A DNA stretch of 64,000 nucleotides from Anaerovoracaceae bacterium. Its GTDB lineage: Bacteria > Bacillota > Clostridia > Peptostreptococcales > Anaerovoracaceae. Positions 7,925-16,763 of the stretch are shown here, in pieces (positions within the stretch are counted from its first letter, which is position 1; every line of letters begins with the position of its first letter). The notes beneath the pieces are model-generated. The model was not told the DNA's origin. It did not search any database and was given only the letters and a program-made list of their open reading frames with translations. The position numbers and the translations under genes are program-made. The stretch covers positions 1,716 to 65,715 of the forward strand of contig CAVIGM010000003.1 of NCBI GenBank assembly GCA_963642455.1, given 5' to 3'.

Positions 7925-10608
7925 TACTTGCTCTTTATAGCCTCTAATCTTGCCTTAACTGTTTCGAGCATTTCCTTGTATTTCTCGCCCTTTGCTCTTT
8001 CCTCGTCAACTACTGCCTGAGGAGCCTTTGCAACAAAGCCCTGATTAGAGAGCTTCTTCTCAACACGAAGCACCTCGCCCTCGAGTCTCTTCGCTTCTTT
8101 CTCGAGTCTCTCAATCTCGGCAGCCATATCTACAAGCTCGTCAAGAGGAACAAGAATCTGTGCGCCCTCGATTACCGCAGACATTACATCATTAGGAGCC
8201 TCGGTATCGCTTGGCTCAAGCTTAATATCCTCAACATTTGCAATTCTGTGAATGTGAGCTCCGATAGCCGAAATAGCATCAGCAAGCGTATCAGTCTTAA
8301 CAATGAGGCTTATCTTCCTGCTTGGCGCAGCATCTGCCTCTGCTCTTATATTTCTTACAGCCTTGATGACATTCTTTGCTGTCTCGATTCTGAAGATAGC
8401 TTCCTCATAATCAAGCTTGTCATCATATACAGGCCAGCTCTCCTTAATGAGAAGGCCGTCTGGATTGTCCTTGCAGGAAGCTTCCTTAGGCAGGAATCCC
8501 CAGATTTCTTCTGTAATAAAAGGCATAAATGGATGCAGGAGCTTGAGAAGGTCCTTGAGAGTCTTCTGAAGAACGAATCTTGCCGTCTTCTTATCCTCTT
8601 CATCATCGCCCCAGAGTCTTGCCTTAACAAGCTCAATATACCAGTCGCAGTATTCGTCCCAGATAAGCTCATATACCTTCTGTCCTGCAAGACCGAGCTC
8701 GAATTTCGTAAGAGCATCTGTAACGTATTTAACTCCGTCATTTATCTTAGCGATAATCCACTTGTCTTCGTCTCTTAGCTTAGCTGTCTTCTCGTCAGCC
8801 ATAGGAAGGAATTCGTCGTCCTCGCCTATGAGATTCATGATGGTGAATCTCGAAGCATTCCAGAGCTTGTTAGCGAAGTTCCTTGAATTCTCAAGTCTGC
8901 TCTTGATGAATCTCATGTCATTTCCTGGTGTGATACCTGTGCAGAGCATGAATCTAAGAGCGTCTGCTCCGACCTCATCGATAATCTCGAGAGGGTCTAT
9001 ACCATTTCCGAGAGACTTAGACATCTTGCGTCCCTGCTCGTCACGAACAAGTCCGTGAATCAGAACATATTTGAATGGGATTTCGTCCATTGCATATAGT
9101 CCTGAGAATACCATTCTGATAACCCAGAAGAAGATGATGTCATATCCTGTTACCATTACCTGATTAGGATAGAAATAGTCAAGCTCAGGAGTTCTCTCAG
9201 GCCAGCCAAGTGTTGAGAATGGCCAAAGAGCCGAGCTGAACCATGTATCGAGTACATCCTCATCCTGATGAAGATGTGTGCATCCGCACTTAGGGCACTT
9301 GCTTGGCATATCCTCTGCTACCACAAGCTCACCGCATTCGTCGCAATAATATGCTGGAATTCTGTGGCCCCACCAGAGCTGTCTCGAGATGCACCAGTCT
9401 CTTATATCTAAGAGCCAGTTCATGTGGATCTTCTCAAATCTTGGTGGAACATATTCGAGCTCTCCGCCCTCACCTTTAGCAGCCGCAATGGCAGGCTTAG
9501 CAAGCTCCTTCATCGCAACGAACCACTGGTCGCTGATTCTTGGCTCGATTACGGTATGGCATCTGTAGCATTTGCCTGTAGGAATTACAAGGTCTTCAAT
9601 CTTCACAAGATAGCCTGCATCTGTAAGTTCCTTAACCCAGAGCTTACGGCATTCGTATCTGTCCATGCCCTCGTATTTGCCGGCAAGAGCTGTCATAACA
9701 GCATGCTCGTCTATGCAAGAAAGGCTCGCATCAAGTCCGTGTCTTTCGCCTACCTCGAAGTCGTTGAAATCGTGGGCAGGTGTAATCTTAACAGCGCCAG
9801 TTCCCTTCTCAGGATCCGCATGCTCGTCTGTGATAACAGGAATTTCTCTTCCGACTATTGGAAGGATAACTGTCTTGCCGATTAAGTTGGCATATCTTGG
9901 ATCGTCCTCCGAAACAGCGATTGCAACATCGGCAAACATTGTCTCAGGACGTGATGTAGCGATTGTGATACCCTCGCCGCCATCGCTTGCAGGATATCTG
10001 AAATACCAATAATGTCCGTCAAGATCCTCGTGCTCAACCTCTGCATCGGAAAGCGTTGTGCCACAGCTTGGGCACCAGTTGATAATCTTGTCGCCTTTAT
10101 AGATGAGTCCCTTCTCGTAGAGGCTTATGAACATGGATTTGACAGCCTTGTTGCAGCCCTCGTCCATTGTAAAACGCTCTCTTCTCCAGTCGCAGGAGTC
10201 TCCGAGCTTGCGGCACTGCTTGGTAATTCGTCCGCCGTATTCTTCCTTCCACGCCCAAGCGTATTCAAGGAATTCCTCACGAGTCATATCGTGCTTATCC
10301 TTGCCTGTTTCCTTCTTAATCTTCTCAACTACCTTAACCTCGGTAGCGATGCTCGCATGGTCTGAGCCAGGAAGCCACAGAGCGCTATAGCCCTCCATTC
10401 TTTTCCATCTAATGAGAACATCCTGCAAGGTCTGGTCAAGCGCATGTCCCATATGAAGCTGTCCTGTGATATTTGGAGGTGGCATTACGATAGTAAAAGG
10501 CTTCTTGTCCTTATCTATCTCTGCATTGAATGCTCCCTTGTTCTCCCACATCTGATAAATGCGGTCTTCGAAATCCTTTGGATTATAAGTCTTTGCTAAA
10601 TTCTTCAT
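7924..10608 (-). CDS. valS: Valine--tRNA ligase
   Basis: The 894-aa protein has a class I HIGH-type motif (PNITGQLHMGHA), KMSKS, and a C-terminal coiled coil. Confidence 0.95.
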   Translation of the reverse strand: MKNLAKTYNPKDFEDRIYQMWENKGAFNAEIDKDKKPFTIVMPPPNITGQLHMGHALDQTLQDVLIRWKRMEGYSALWLPGSDHASIATEVKVVEKIKKETGKDKHDMTREEFLEYAWAWKEEYGGRITKQCRKLGDSCDWRRERFTMDEGCNKAVKSMFISLYEKGLIYKGDKIINWCPSCGTTLSDAEVEHEDLDGHYWYFRYPASDGGEGITIATSRPETMFADVAIAVSEDDPRYANLIGKTVILPIVGREIPVITDEHADPEKGTGAVKITPAHDFNDFEVGERHGLDASLSCIDEHAVMTALAGKYEGMDRYECRKLWVKELTDAGYLVKIEDLVIPTGKCYRCHTVIEPRISDQWFVAMKELAKPAIAAAKGEGGELEYVPPRFEKIHMNWLLDIRDWCISRQLWWGHRIPAYYCDECGELVVAEDMPSKCPKCGCTHLHQDEDVLDTWFSSALWPFSTLGWPERTPELDYFYPNQVMVTGYDIIFFWVIRMVFSGLYAMDEIPFKYVLIHGLVRDEQGRKMSKSLGNGIDPLEIIDEVGADALRFMLCTGITPGNDMRFIKSRLENSRNFANKLWNASRFTIMNLIGEDDEFLPMADEKTAKLRDEDKWIIAKINDGVKYVTDALTKFELGLAGQKVYELIWDEYCDWYIELVKARLWGDDEEDKKTARFVLQKTLKDLLKLLHPFMPFITEEIWGFLPKEASCKDNPDGLLIKESWPVYDDKLDYEEAIFRIETAKNVIKAVRNIRAEADAAPSRKISLIVKTDTLADAISAIGAHIHRIANVEDIKLEPSDTEAPNDVMSAVIEGAQILVPLDELVDMAAEIERLEKEAKRLEGEVLRVEKKLSNQGFVAKAPQAVVDEERAKGEKYKEMLETVKARLEAIKSK

Positions 10609-10622
10609 TATGCAAAATCTCC

Positions 10623-11324
10623 TTAATATCTGCTATAGTCTGTGTCGCCGTTCAGTACCTCGTGCCTAATCGAACTCATCTCCTCATCGACCTTGGCAAG
10701 GTTAGCGGCACACTGCTTAAGTCTGCTAACTGTTTCGTCTGATAATTCGCCCTTATTCTTGTATCTGAGCTCGTGCTCAAGGCAGGCCCATGTATCCATT
10801 GCGACGCTTCTGAATTGAAGCTCCACAGGTACCATCGCCTTGCGATTTACAAGATATACGGGCAGTGCGACGACGACGTGAAGACTTCTATATCCGCTAT
10901 CTTTTGGCTTCTTGCAATAATCCTTGATTCTTATAAGCTCAACATCTGATTGCTTAAGAAGAAGTCCCGACATAGTATATAGGTCCTCTTCATAGTTGCA
11001 AATAACTCTGATTCCAGCGATATCATATACTTCCTTAAGAACCTGGTCGAGATTGTTGATTGGGTCCTCGATTCCATATCGTACAGCCTTCTCAATCATG
11101 CTGTCGAAAGTCTTAAGCCTCTCTTGGAAATGATGTATAGGCATATATGAATGCGTCTTCTCGAAATCATCTGACAGGACCTCAAGCTTGGTCGAAAGCT
11201 CCTTGAGAGCCGAGCCATAGAGCAGGCTTATATTGTCTATCGCCTCCTGCAGCTCTTCATCGGTGCCTTTATACTGAGGCATCTTATCTCTAATCCTGTC
11301 TGCATGGTAATATCTAAATGACAT
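10623..11324 (-). CDS. Small alarmone synthetase (RelQ/RelP-type GTP pyrophosphokinase, synthetase-only)
   Basis: The RelA/SpoT synthetase core is present (DIAGIRVICNY...GYRSLHVVV...ELQFRSVAMDTWA). There is no hydrolase or TGS domain. It ends 14 nt upstream of valS. Confidence 0.85.
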   Translation of the reverse strand: MSFRYYHADRIRDKMPQYKGTDEELQEAIDNISLLYGSALKELSTKLEVLSDDFEKTHSYMPIHHFQERLKTFDSMIEKAVRYGIEDPINNLDQVLKEVYDIAGIRVICNYEEDLYTMSGLLLKQSDVELIRIKDYCKKPKDSGYRSLHVVVALPVYLVNRKAMVPVELQFRSVAMDTWACLEHELRYKNKGELSDETVSRLKQCAANLAKVDEEMSSIRHEVLNGDTDYSRY

Positions 11325-11364
11325 ATTATCTTATTCCTTTCTTTCGCGCAAAAGCGCCTCGTAA

Positions 11365-12660
11365 TTATATCATATCAAGAGCACTCTTCGCTAATTTATC
11401 GGCCAATTCATTGTACTTATTTCCTGCATGCGCCTTGACCTTCACGAACTTAATTGTCATTTTCTTTCTTGCCTCGGCAACATATTCCTTATACGATCTT
11501 GTCATCTCTAAATTCGCCTTCCAAAGGTCGTCTCCCCACTTGCCTACGCCCTCGTAGTCGTGGTAAATGGTCAGAGCATCTATGCCTTTTCTTAAGCAAT
11601 AATCTATCGCAAGCCTTGCTCCCATAATCTCGCCTGCAACATTTCTAAGCTGTGCCTGATTGTCGTCATAGGCCTGCGAGAGCTCAATTGTCACATCTCC
11701 ATTGATAATAACCGCAGCACCTGCATATCGCCCGTCTGCTACATTATAGCTTCCGTCAACATAGGCCTTGATGCCCGGCTCAGAGAGTTCGTTAACCGCT
11801 GACCAGCCCATATAGCATAGCGCCTCTTCAGGATCTACGAAGCTCTTATATTCAGCGCCCTTGAATCCGTCGACGCTTCTCTTGCAGCTTTCCCATGTAT
11901 CGAAGATTCCTATTTCTCTGCCCTTGCGAACCGCATAGACCTTGCTTGCTTTTGTCTTAGCTGCTGCCATATCGCCCATCCTCTCGGCTTTTCTCGCCTC
12001 TTCCTCTGCTTTGAATTTATGCAAAAAACTTTTTCTATGTATCGGAGTCTGCCCGAGCCTACGAAGGCCCTCGTAGTGCGCAGCTGTTCCGTATCCCTTG
12101 TTGCTTGCAAAATCATATCCTGGATATTTCTCGTCCATCAGGCTCATAAAATTATCCCTTGCGACCTTTGCGACAATTGAAGCCGCAGCAATCGAAAGGC
12201 ATTTCTCATCGCCTTTGATAATAGATTCTTGCGGAATGTCTATGTCGAGCTTGACTGCGTCTATAAGAAGCTGGTCTATTGATTCTCCTGCGGGAAGTCC
12301 GGCATTGGCATTTATGATTGCTCGTATCATCGCATTTCGAGTTGCATTAAGAATATTAAGCTCGTCGATTTCGTCATTATCTGCGATTCCTATACCTACG
12401 GTAATCGCCCGCTCGCGAATAAGAATGTCAAGCTCTTCTCTTTTCTTGGCCGATAACTTCTTAGAATCGTCGACGCCAAGAACATCGAAATCAGCAGGAA
12501 GAACTACAACGGCGGCATACACAGGTCCTGCAAGAGGGCCTCTTCCAACCTCGTCTATTCCTGCAATATATTTATGGCCGCGGGCTCTAAGCTCATCTTC
12601 GTGAGATTTCATCTCTATAAGCTTGCTTGCCTGCTTTTCTAATCTTTCCTGCTTGGTCAT
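11365..12660 (-). CDS. rnhB: Ribonuclease HII fused to a hybrid-binding domain and an RNase HI-type domain
   Basis: The N-terminal half has RNase HII motifs (DEVGRGPLAGPV, DSKKL, ASIVAKVARD, HRKSF). Then comes a linker and an HBD (KVYAVRKGREIGIFDTWESCKRSVDGFKGAEYKSF). The C-terminal part has a DEDD RNase HI fold (AYVDGSY, AGEIMGA, IYHDYEG, NELADKLAK). Confidence 0.85.
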   Translation of the reverse strand: MTKQERLEKQASKLIEMKSHEDELRARGHKYIAGIDEVGRGPLAGPVYAAVVVLPADFDVLGVDDSKKLSAKKREELDILIRERAITVGIGIADNDEIDELNILNATRNAMIRAIINANAGLPAGESIDQLLIDAVKLDIDIPQESIIKGDEKCLSIAAASIVAKVARDNFMSLMDEKYPGYDFASNKGYGTAAHYEGLRRLGQTPIHRKSFLHKFKAEEEARKAERMGDMAAAKTKASKVYAVRKGREIGIFDTWESCKRSVDGFKGAEYKSFVDPEEALCYMGWSAVNELSEPGIKAYVDGSYNVADGRYAGAAVIINGDVTIELSQAYDDNQAQLRNVAGEIMGARLAIDYCLRKGIDALTIYHDYEGVGKWGDDLWKANLEMTRSYKEYVAEARKKMTIKFVKVKAHAGNKYNELADKLAKSALDMI

Positions 12661-13496
12661 GGCCTCTCCAATGTAATCTTGCCTATCTTGCCGCCTCTGA
12701 ATTCGTCAAGAACAATTCTTCCTGTTCTCTCATAATCTATTCTCTTGCCCGACATTATGAAGCCTCTCTTGAGAGCGATTGCGTCCATATTGTCTATGGT
12801 CTCTTCTTTGATGCCGTCAAGCTTGTATCTGTCAATTAGGTTCTGCGGATATTCCTTCTCGAGTAGCTTGATAAGCTCGAAGGCAAGGTCCTGCACACCG
12901 AGTATATCGTCCTTAATGCTTCCGCAGAAAGCAAGCTTCAAGCCGACATTTCTATCTTCGAACTTAGGCCACAGAATTCCCGGGGTATCAAGAAGCTGCA
13001 TGCCGTTTTGCAAAGTAACCCACTGCTTGCCAGTGGTAACTCCGGGCCTGTCGCCTGTCCTTGTGCTTTTGCGACCTATCAATCTATTTATAAGAGAGGA
13101 TTTGCCGACATTCGGAACGCCAACTATCATGAGCCTAAGAGGTCGCTCGAAGGACTTAGCGGCATTTCGCCTATCCTGCTCTTTCTCGAGAAGTCTATAA
13201 AGTTCCTTGATGTTCTCGCCGGTCTGGGCATTAAGCGCAACAACACGGCTTCCGTCCTCGCTTAGCTTCTTCTTCCATTGTTCCGTAGCTGCATCATCGG
13301 CAAGGTCGCATTTGCCAAGCACAATGATTCTCCTTTTGCCCTGAATAATCTGGTCGATAATAGGGTTGCGGCTCGAAATAGGAATACGGCTATCGACTAT
13401 CTCGATAACTACATCTACAGCCTTAAGGTTGTCCTGTATAAGCTCCCTGGTCTTCTTCATGTGACCGGGATACCAGTTGATATGCTCTAAAGCCAT
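12657..13496 (-). CDS. rbgA: Ribosome biogenesis GTPase A (YlqF/RbgA)
   Basis: It is a circularly permuted GTPase, with KCDL before GVPNVGKSS and DTPG. It has a 4-nt ATGA overlap with rnhB, matching the canonical ylqF-rnhB synteny. Confidence 0.9.
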   Translation of the reverse strand: MALEHINWYPGHMKKTRELIQDNLKAVDVVIEIVDSRIPISSRNPIIDQIIQGKRRIIVLGKCDLADDAATEQWKKKLSEDGSRVVALNAQTGENIKELYRLLEKEQDRRNAAKSFERPLRLMIVGVPNVGKSSLINRLIGRKSTRTGDRPGVTTGKQWVTLQNGMQLLDTPGILWPKFEDRNVGLKLAFCGSIKDDILGVQDLAFELIKLLEKEYPQNLIDRYKLDGIKEETIDNMDAIALKRGFIMSGKRIDYERTGRIVLDEFRGGKIGKITLERP

Positions 13497-13507
13497 TTGC
13501 CCTCCTC

Positions 13508-13546
13508 AAAAAAAATACATACCCTCAGCCTATGCTTAGGGTATGC
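13508..13546 (-). terminator. rplS intrinsic terminator
   Basis: On the minus strand CATACCCT...AGGGTATG forms an 8-bp stem followed by ATTTTTTTT. The rbgA RBS GAGGAGG comes directly after it. Confidence 0.7.
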
Positions 13547-13565
13547 ATCCTTATTGCTATTTACA

Positions 13566-13904
13566 TTAAGCGTTCTTAATTCTTGCAGCCTTACCAGTTC
13601 TCTGACGCATGTAGTTGAGCTTAGCTCTTCTAACCTTACCGCGCTTAACCAGCTCGATCTTCTCAATTCTTGGTGAGTGAAGTGGGAATGTCTTCTCTAC
13701 TCCGATACCATTTGAAAGCTTACGAACTGTGAAAGTCTCGTTAACGCCTCCATGCTGCTTCTTAAGTACATATCCCTCGAAAACCTGAATTCTCTCTCTC
13801 TGGCCCTCGACAATCTTGATATGCACCTTTACAGTATCACCAACGTTGAATGCAGGAATTCCTTCCTTCTTGTAGTCTGCTGTAATCTGATCAATAATGT
13901 TCAA
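13566..13904 (-). CDS. rplS: 50S ribosomal protein L19
   Basis: The protein reads [26 protein letters not shown]...RRAKLYY-like. I place the start at TTG 13904, preceded by GGAGG and 7 nt, rather than at the upstream codon at 13925. Confidence 0.9.
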   Translation of the reverse strand: MNIIDQITADYKKEGIPAFNVGDTVKVHIKIVEGQRERIQVFEGYVLKKQHGGVNETFTVRKLSNGIGVEKTFPLHSPRIEKIELVKRGKVRRAKLNYMRQRTGKAARIKNA

Positions 13905-13992
13905 TGTTATTCCTCCTCTCCTCAAAGACGTTCGTGGTTCCCGTATGCTCTCTACTATTCAGCATATCCCCAGAGGACCGCCCGTAATAACC
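13905..13992 (-). ncRNA. Roughly 90-nt 5' leader of rplS, candidate L19 autoregulatory leader
   Basis: A long untranslated leader lies between the promoter and the TTG start and has local helices (TATGCT...AGCATA). Firmicutes are known to carry an L19 leader upstream of rplS. I could not verify the covariance model. Confidence 0.35.
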
Positions 13993-13998
13993 TTTCAG

Positions 13999-14027
13999 AG
14001 TATACCACAGAGGCCATGCCCTGTCAA
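13999..14027 (-). promoter_or_regulatory. rplS promoter: TTGACA, 17 nt, TATACT
   Basis: The minus strand reads TTGACAgggcatggcctctgtggTATACT. The -35 overlaps the stop codon of the xerD-like gene. Confidence 0.65.
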
Positions 14028-14911
14028 AGAATAATTTGCGCTCTTGGATGAGTTTTTGAGAAAACATCCTTGACGTGAATTTCAACAAGTGCAAGGTATG
14101 CGAGCCCCGCAGACAAGTCGTCGAAGCCCATAAGTTCCTGCAGCGTTCTAAGGTCTCCGCCGTTCTGCAAGATGTGAATTGCGAAGCTGTCTCTTAGAAT
14201 CTGAGGCGTCATTCTGTCTTCGATTTCGAGCTTCTTGCCGTAGTCTTTGAGAATCTTCCAGATTCCCTGTCTTGTCAGGCAGTCTCCTGCCATATTGATG
14301 AAGAGGAATTCCTCAGGCTCGATTTCTTTGCCTTTTATTACAGGATAAGCTTCTTCTATATATTTAACCAGTGCCACATAGGCATATTCTCCAATCGGAA
14401 CTATGCGGCTCTCATCGTTTGAGTCCTTGATTCTCGCGAATCTCATTCGAAGATTGATGTCCTCGTATTTGATTCTTACAAGTTCGGTAACCCTGATTCC
14501 CGTTCCATACATAAATTCCATAAGTGCCTTGTCTCTTATGCCTCTTGGGGAATCATCAGGAAGCTCAAGCAATGCGAAGATCTCTTCAACACTCAGATAA
14601 TCAATATCTCTCGCACCTGGCTTAGACGATCTTAGCTTGGCAAAAGGATTGCTCTCAAGCTCGCCCTTGCTTAGCTTGTAATCATAGAATGATTTGAGAG
14701 ACGAAATCTTCCTGTTGACCGTAGGCCTTGACATATTCTGATTCCTAAGTTTCAGAACATAGGCCACCGCATCGCCCTCGGCGCATTCATAAAGAGTCTT
14801 GCCCCTCTCCTCAAGAAAATCCGCAAAGCCTCTTAGGTCCCTTTCGTACGCAAGAAGGGTATTTGGTGCTTTTCTCTTTTCGTTCTTAAGATAATCTAAG
14901 TAGGTCTTCAT
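14024..14911 (-). CDS. XerD/RipX-like tyrosine recombinase paralogue with substituted catalytic residues
   Basis: It has an N-terminal SAM-like core-binding domain (APNTLLAYERDLRGFADFL) and a C-terminal catalytic fold. Aligned by eye to E. coli XerD, GKGNKER is replaced by DSNDESR, HVLRH by QILRD, and LGH by MGF. Arg (GIRVTEL), the second Arg and the Tyr (AYLA) are kept. Confidence 0.75.
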   Translation of the reverse strand: MKTYLDYLKNEKRKAPNTLLAYERDLRGFADFLEERGKTLYECAEGDAVAYVLKLRNQNMSRPTVNRKISSLKSFYDYKLSKGELESNPFAKLRSSKPGARDIDYLSVEEIFALLELPDDSPRGIRDKALMEFMYGTGIRVTELVRIKYEDINLRMRFARIKDSNDESRIVPIGEYAYVALVKYIEEAYPVIKGKEIEPEEFLFINMAGDCLTRQGIWKILKDYGKKLEIEDRMTPQILRDSFAIHILQNGGDLRTLQELMGFDDLSAGLAYLALVEIHVKDVFSKTHPRAQIIL

Positions 14912-14921
14912 ATCATCACCG

Positions 14922-15455
14922 CTATATCAAGCCGGCATTTCTCGCATAGAGTATGCCCGCTACCGTCTTCGCATCGAGAATCTCGCCTCGCATAATCATA
15001 TCGATTATTTCGTCTGGCTCGTATTCGTAAATATCAAGGTCCTCTGTATCATCCCAGTTGACCTCGCCTGGAACAAGCTCCTTGCACAGGTAGATATACA
15101 GAAGCTCGTTTGAATATCCGCAGCTTGGTGTAATTGTAAACAAATATTCCACGCTTCCTGCGGTATATCCTGTTTCTTCCTTAAGCTCTCTTGCCGCCGT
15201 TTCCTTGGAATCTTCGCCCGGATCAAGCTTGCCTGCAGGAATCTCAAGCATATCTCTTCCAAGTGCTTTTCTATATTGGCGAACAAGGAGGAGCTTGCCC
15301 TCATCGGTAATTGCAATCATGGCAGCACCGCCGTTATGCTCAAGGACATCTCGGTAGCTCTCGCCCGCCACTGTTTCGACCTTGTGTTTTCTTATTTGGA
15401 AAATAGGTCCTTCGTATACGATCTTGCTCTCGATCGTTCTTTCTTCAAAAGACAT
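14922..15455 (-). CDS. nudF: ADP-ribose pyrophosphatase (Nudix hydrolase, NudF-like)
   Basis: The Nudix box is GKLDPGEDSKETAARELKEETGY. It sits in nudF-xerD synteny as in Bacillus. Confidence 0.75.
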   Translation of the reverse strand: MSFEERTIESKIVYEGPIFQIRKHKVETVAGESYRDVLEHNGGAAMIAITDEGKLLLVRQYRKALGRDMLEIPAGKLDPGEDSKETAARELKEETGYTAGSVEYLFTITPSCGYSNELLYIYLCKELVPGEVNWDDTEDLDIYEYEPDEIIDMIMRGEILDAKTVAGILYARNAGLI

Positions 15456-15477
15456 TTATGCCTCCTAATCGTTATGC

Positions 15478-15544
15478 GCTTGCGCGATACGCTGTCGCTG
15501 CTTGCTCTCGCAATATGCTTGCGCAATACGCTGTCGTTGCTTGC
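15478..15544. repeat. Two 28-bp direct repeats (GCTTGCGCRATACGCTGTCGYTGCTTGC), period 39
   Basis: The copies share 26 of 28 positions. They lie between the hypothetical gene stop and the nudF start. Confidence 0.85.
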
Positions 15545-15559
15545 CTTTGCTTGCTTTCT

Positions 15560-15883
15560 TCAAATCAGCTCGAGCTCGACGGCAAGCTGGTAGATGTAGC
15601 GCTTCTTCCATTTCCTCCACGTATTGTCGTGGGCGAAATCCGGGAATTTCGTGCCATAAATGATATTGTCCATTACAGCCTCTCGGTATTCCTCTGGGAG
15701 TGCCTCCTTAGCCCTATTTATGGCATCGAGTCTATTTGCGCTGGCTCTTCCTATGGATGACCTATTCGCATTTGCCGCAAGCTCTTCTAATCTTACTGCA
15801 TCTCTTGCAAGCCAAAGGCACTGATAATAGACCTCTCTTGGAATATCATAGCTATCAACACCTCTTAGAATTTTCCTTCCCAT
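15560..15883 (-). CDS. Hypothetical 107-aa protein
   Basis: It is a clean ORF 8 nt downstream of the PHP gene. I recognise no motif with confidence. Confidence 0.4.
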   Translation of the reverse strand: MGRKILRGVDSYDIPREVYYQCLWLARDAVRLEELAANANRSSIGRASANRLDAINRAKEALPEEYREAVMDNIIYGTKFPDFAHDNTWRKWKKRYIYQLAVELELI

Positions 15884-15891
15884 AGAATCAC

Positions 15892-16707
15892 CTATCTATA
15901 TATTCTTCTCATATTGTCCCCGTGGAAATCCGAGCCTGTCGTCTTGAGAAGGCCGTATTTGTCGGCATAGTCGATAAGCAGGGCTCTGTCGTCCGCGTTT
16001 GCAGATGGATGATTGCACTCAATTCCATCGATTCCATATTCTCTGAAGCAGTCAAGCAATTTCCTAAGTCTTGGATAGAAATCCTCTCTTTGCTCGTCTG
16101 CTCTAAGTTGCTCCATTGGATGTGCAAGCACAGCCTTGCCTCCCGCCTCATGAATCACCTTTACTATCTCGGCTGAATTCATGGTCTTCTTCTCGAACCT
16201 GCCCATATTGCATTTATCTTCGAAAATCCTCTCAAAGACCTCCTGGACACTTGAGGCGTAACCTTTTCTTACAAGAGCCTTTGCGAAATGTGGCTTCAAG
16301 AGGTATTCGCCTCTTGTTCCGTAAGCAACATCCTCAAGACTCAGCTCATAGCCTGCTTGATTCAAGGTCTTAAGCATATTATTATTTCGCTCTTCTCTCC
16401 AAGCACGAAGCGTATCGACGGTATCATTAAGTATGCGACTTTGATAATCGAAATCATAAGCTAATATATGAAGCTTCTTGCCAAGCTCATTTGATGAATC
16501 AAATTCAGCTCCGGGAATCAATTCGATGCCTTCAATTGACTTCGCATATTGGTAGGCTTCAAGCGATCCTTTGATCCCGTCATGGTCGGTTATGGCAATT
16601 CTCGTATAGCCTTCTTTCTTCCATCTGTCAACTATCGCGCAAGGATCAAGCTCGCCATCAGAATAAGTCGAATGAATATGTAAATCTATCTTTGCTATAT
16701 TCTCCAT
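15892..16707 (-). CDS. PHP-domain metal-dependent phosphoesterase (TrpH/YciV-like)
   Basis: The N-terminal sequence is DLHIHSTYSDGE. ITDHD, HP and GSDFHG motifs follow. Confidence 0.75.
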   Translation of the reverse strand: MENIAKIDLHIHSTYSDGELDPCAIVDRWKKEGYTRIAITDHDGIKGSLEAYQYAKSIEGIELIPGAEFDSSNELGKKLHILAYDFDYQSRILNDTVDTLRAWREERNNNMLKTLNQAGYELSLEDVAYGTRGEYLLKPHFAKALVRKGYASSVQEVFERIFEDKCNMGRFEKKTMNSAEIVKVIHEAGGKAVLAHPMEQLRADEQREDFYPRLRKLLDCFREYGIDGIECNHPSANADDRALLIDYADKYGLLKTTGSDFHGDNMRRIYR

Positions 16708-16763
16708 GCTCTCAAGCCTTCTATGTCATCCATGCTGTTCTAAGCTACCATCGACACCAAATT

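Noticed and set aside
10609-10622. A T-box riboswitch upstream of valS, and likewise leaders upstream of glyA, folC and hpt.
   Set aside because: The upstream gaps are 14 nt, 70 nt, 74 nt and 94 nt. They contain no specifier, T-box, THF or purine riboswitch-like conserved cores that I could recognise, and they are too short or consist only of repeats.
14024-14911. The tyrosine recombinase as a prophage or ICE integrase marking a mobile element.
   Set aside because: It has the XerD-type N-terminal domain and sits in the conserved nudF-xerD-rplS housekeeping context. Its composition is normal, and there are no flanking phage, transfer or att-like repeats.
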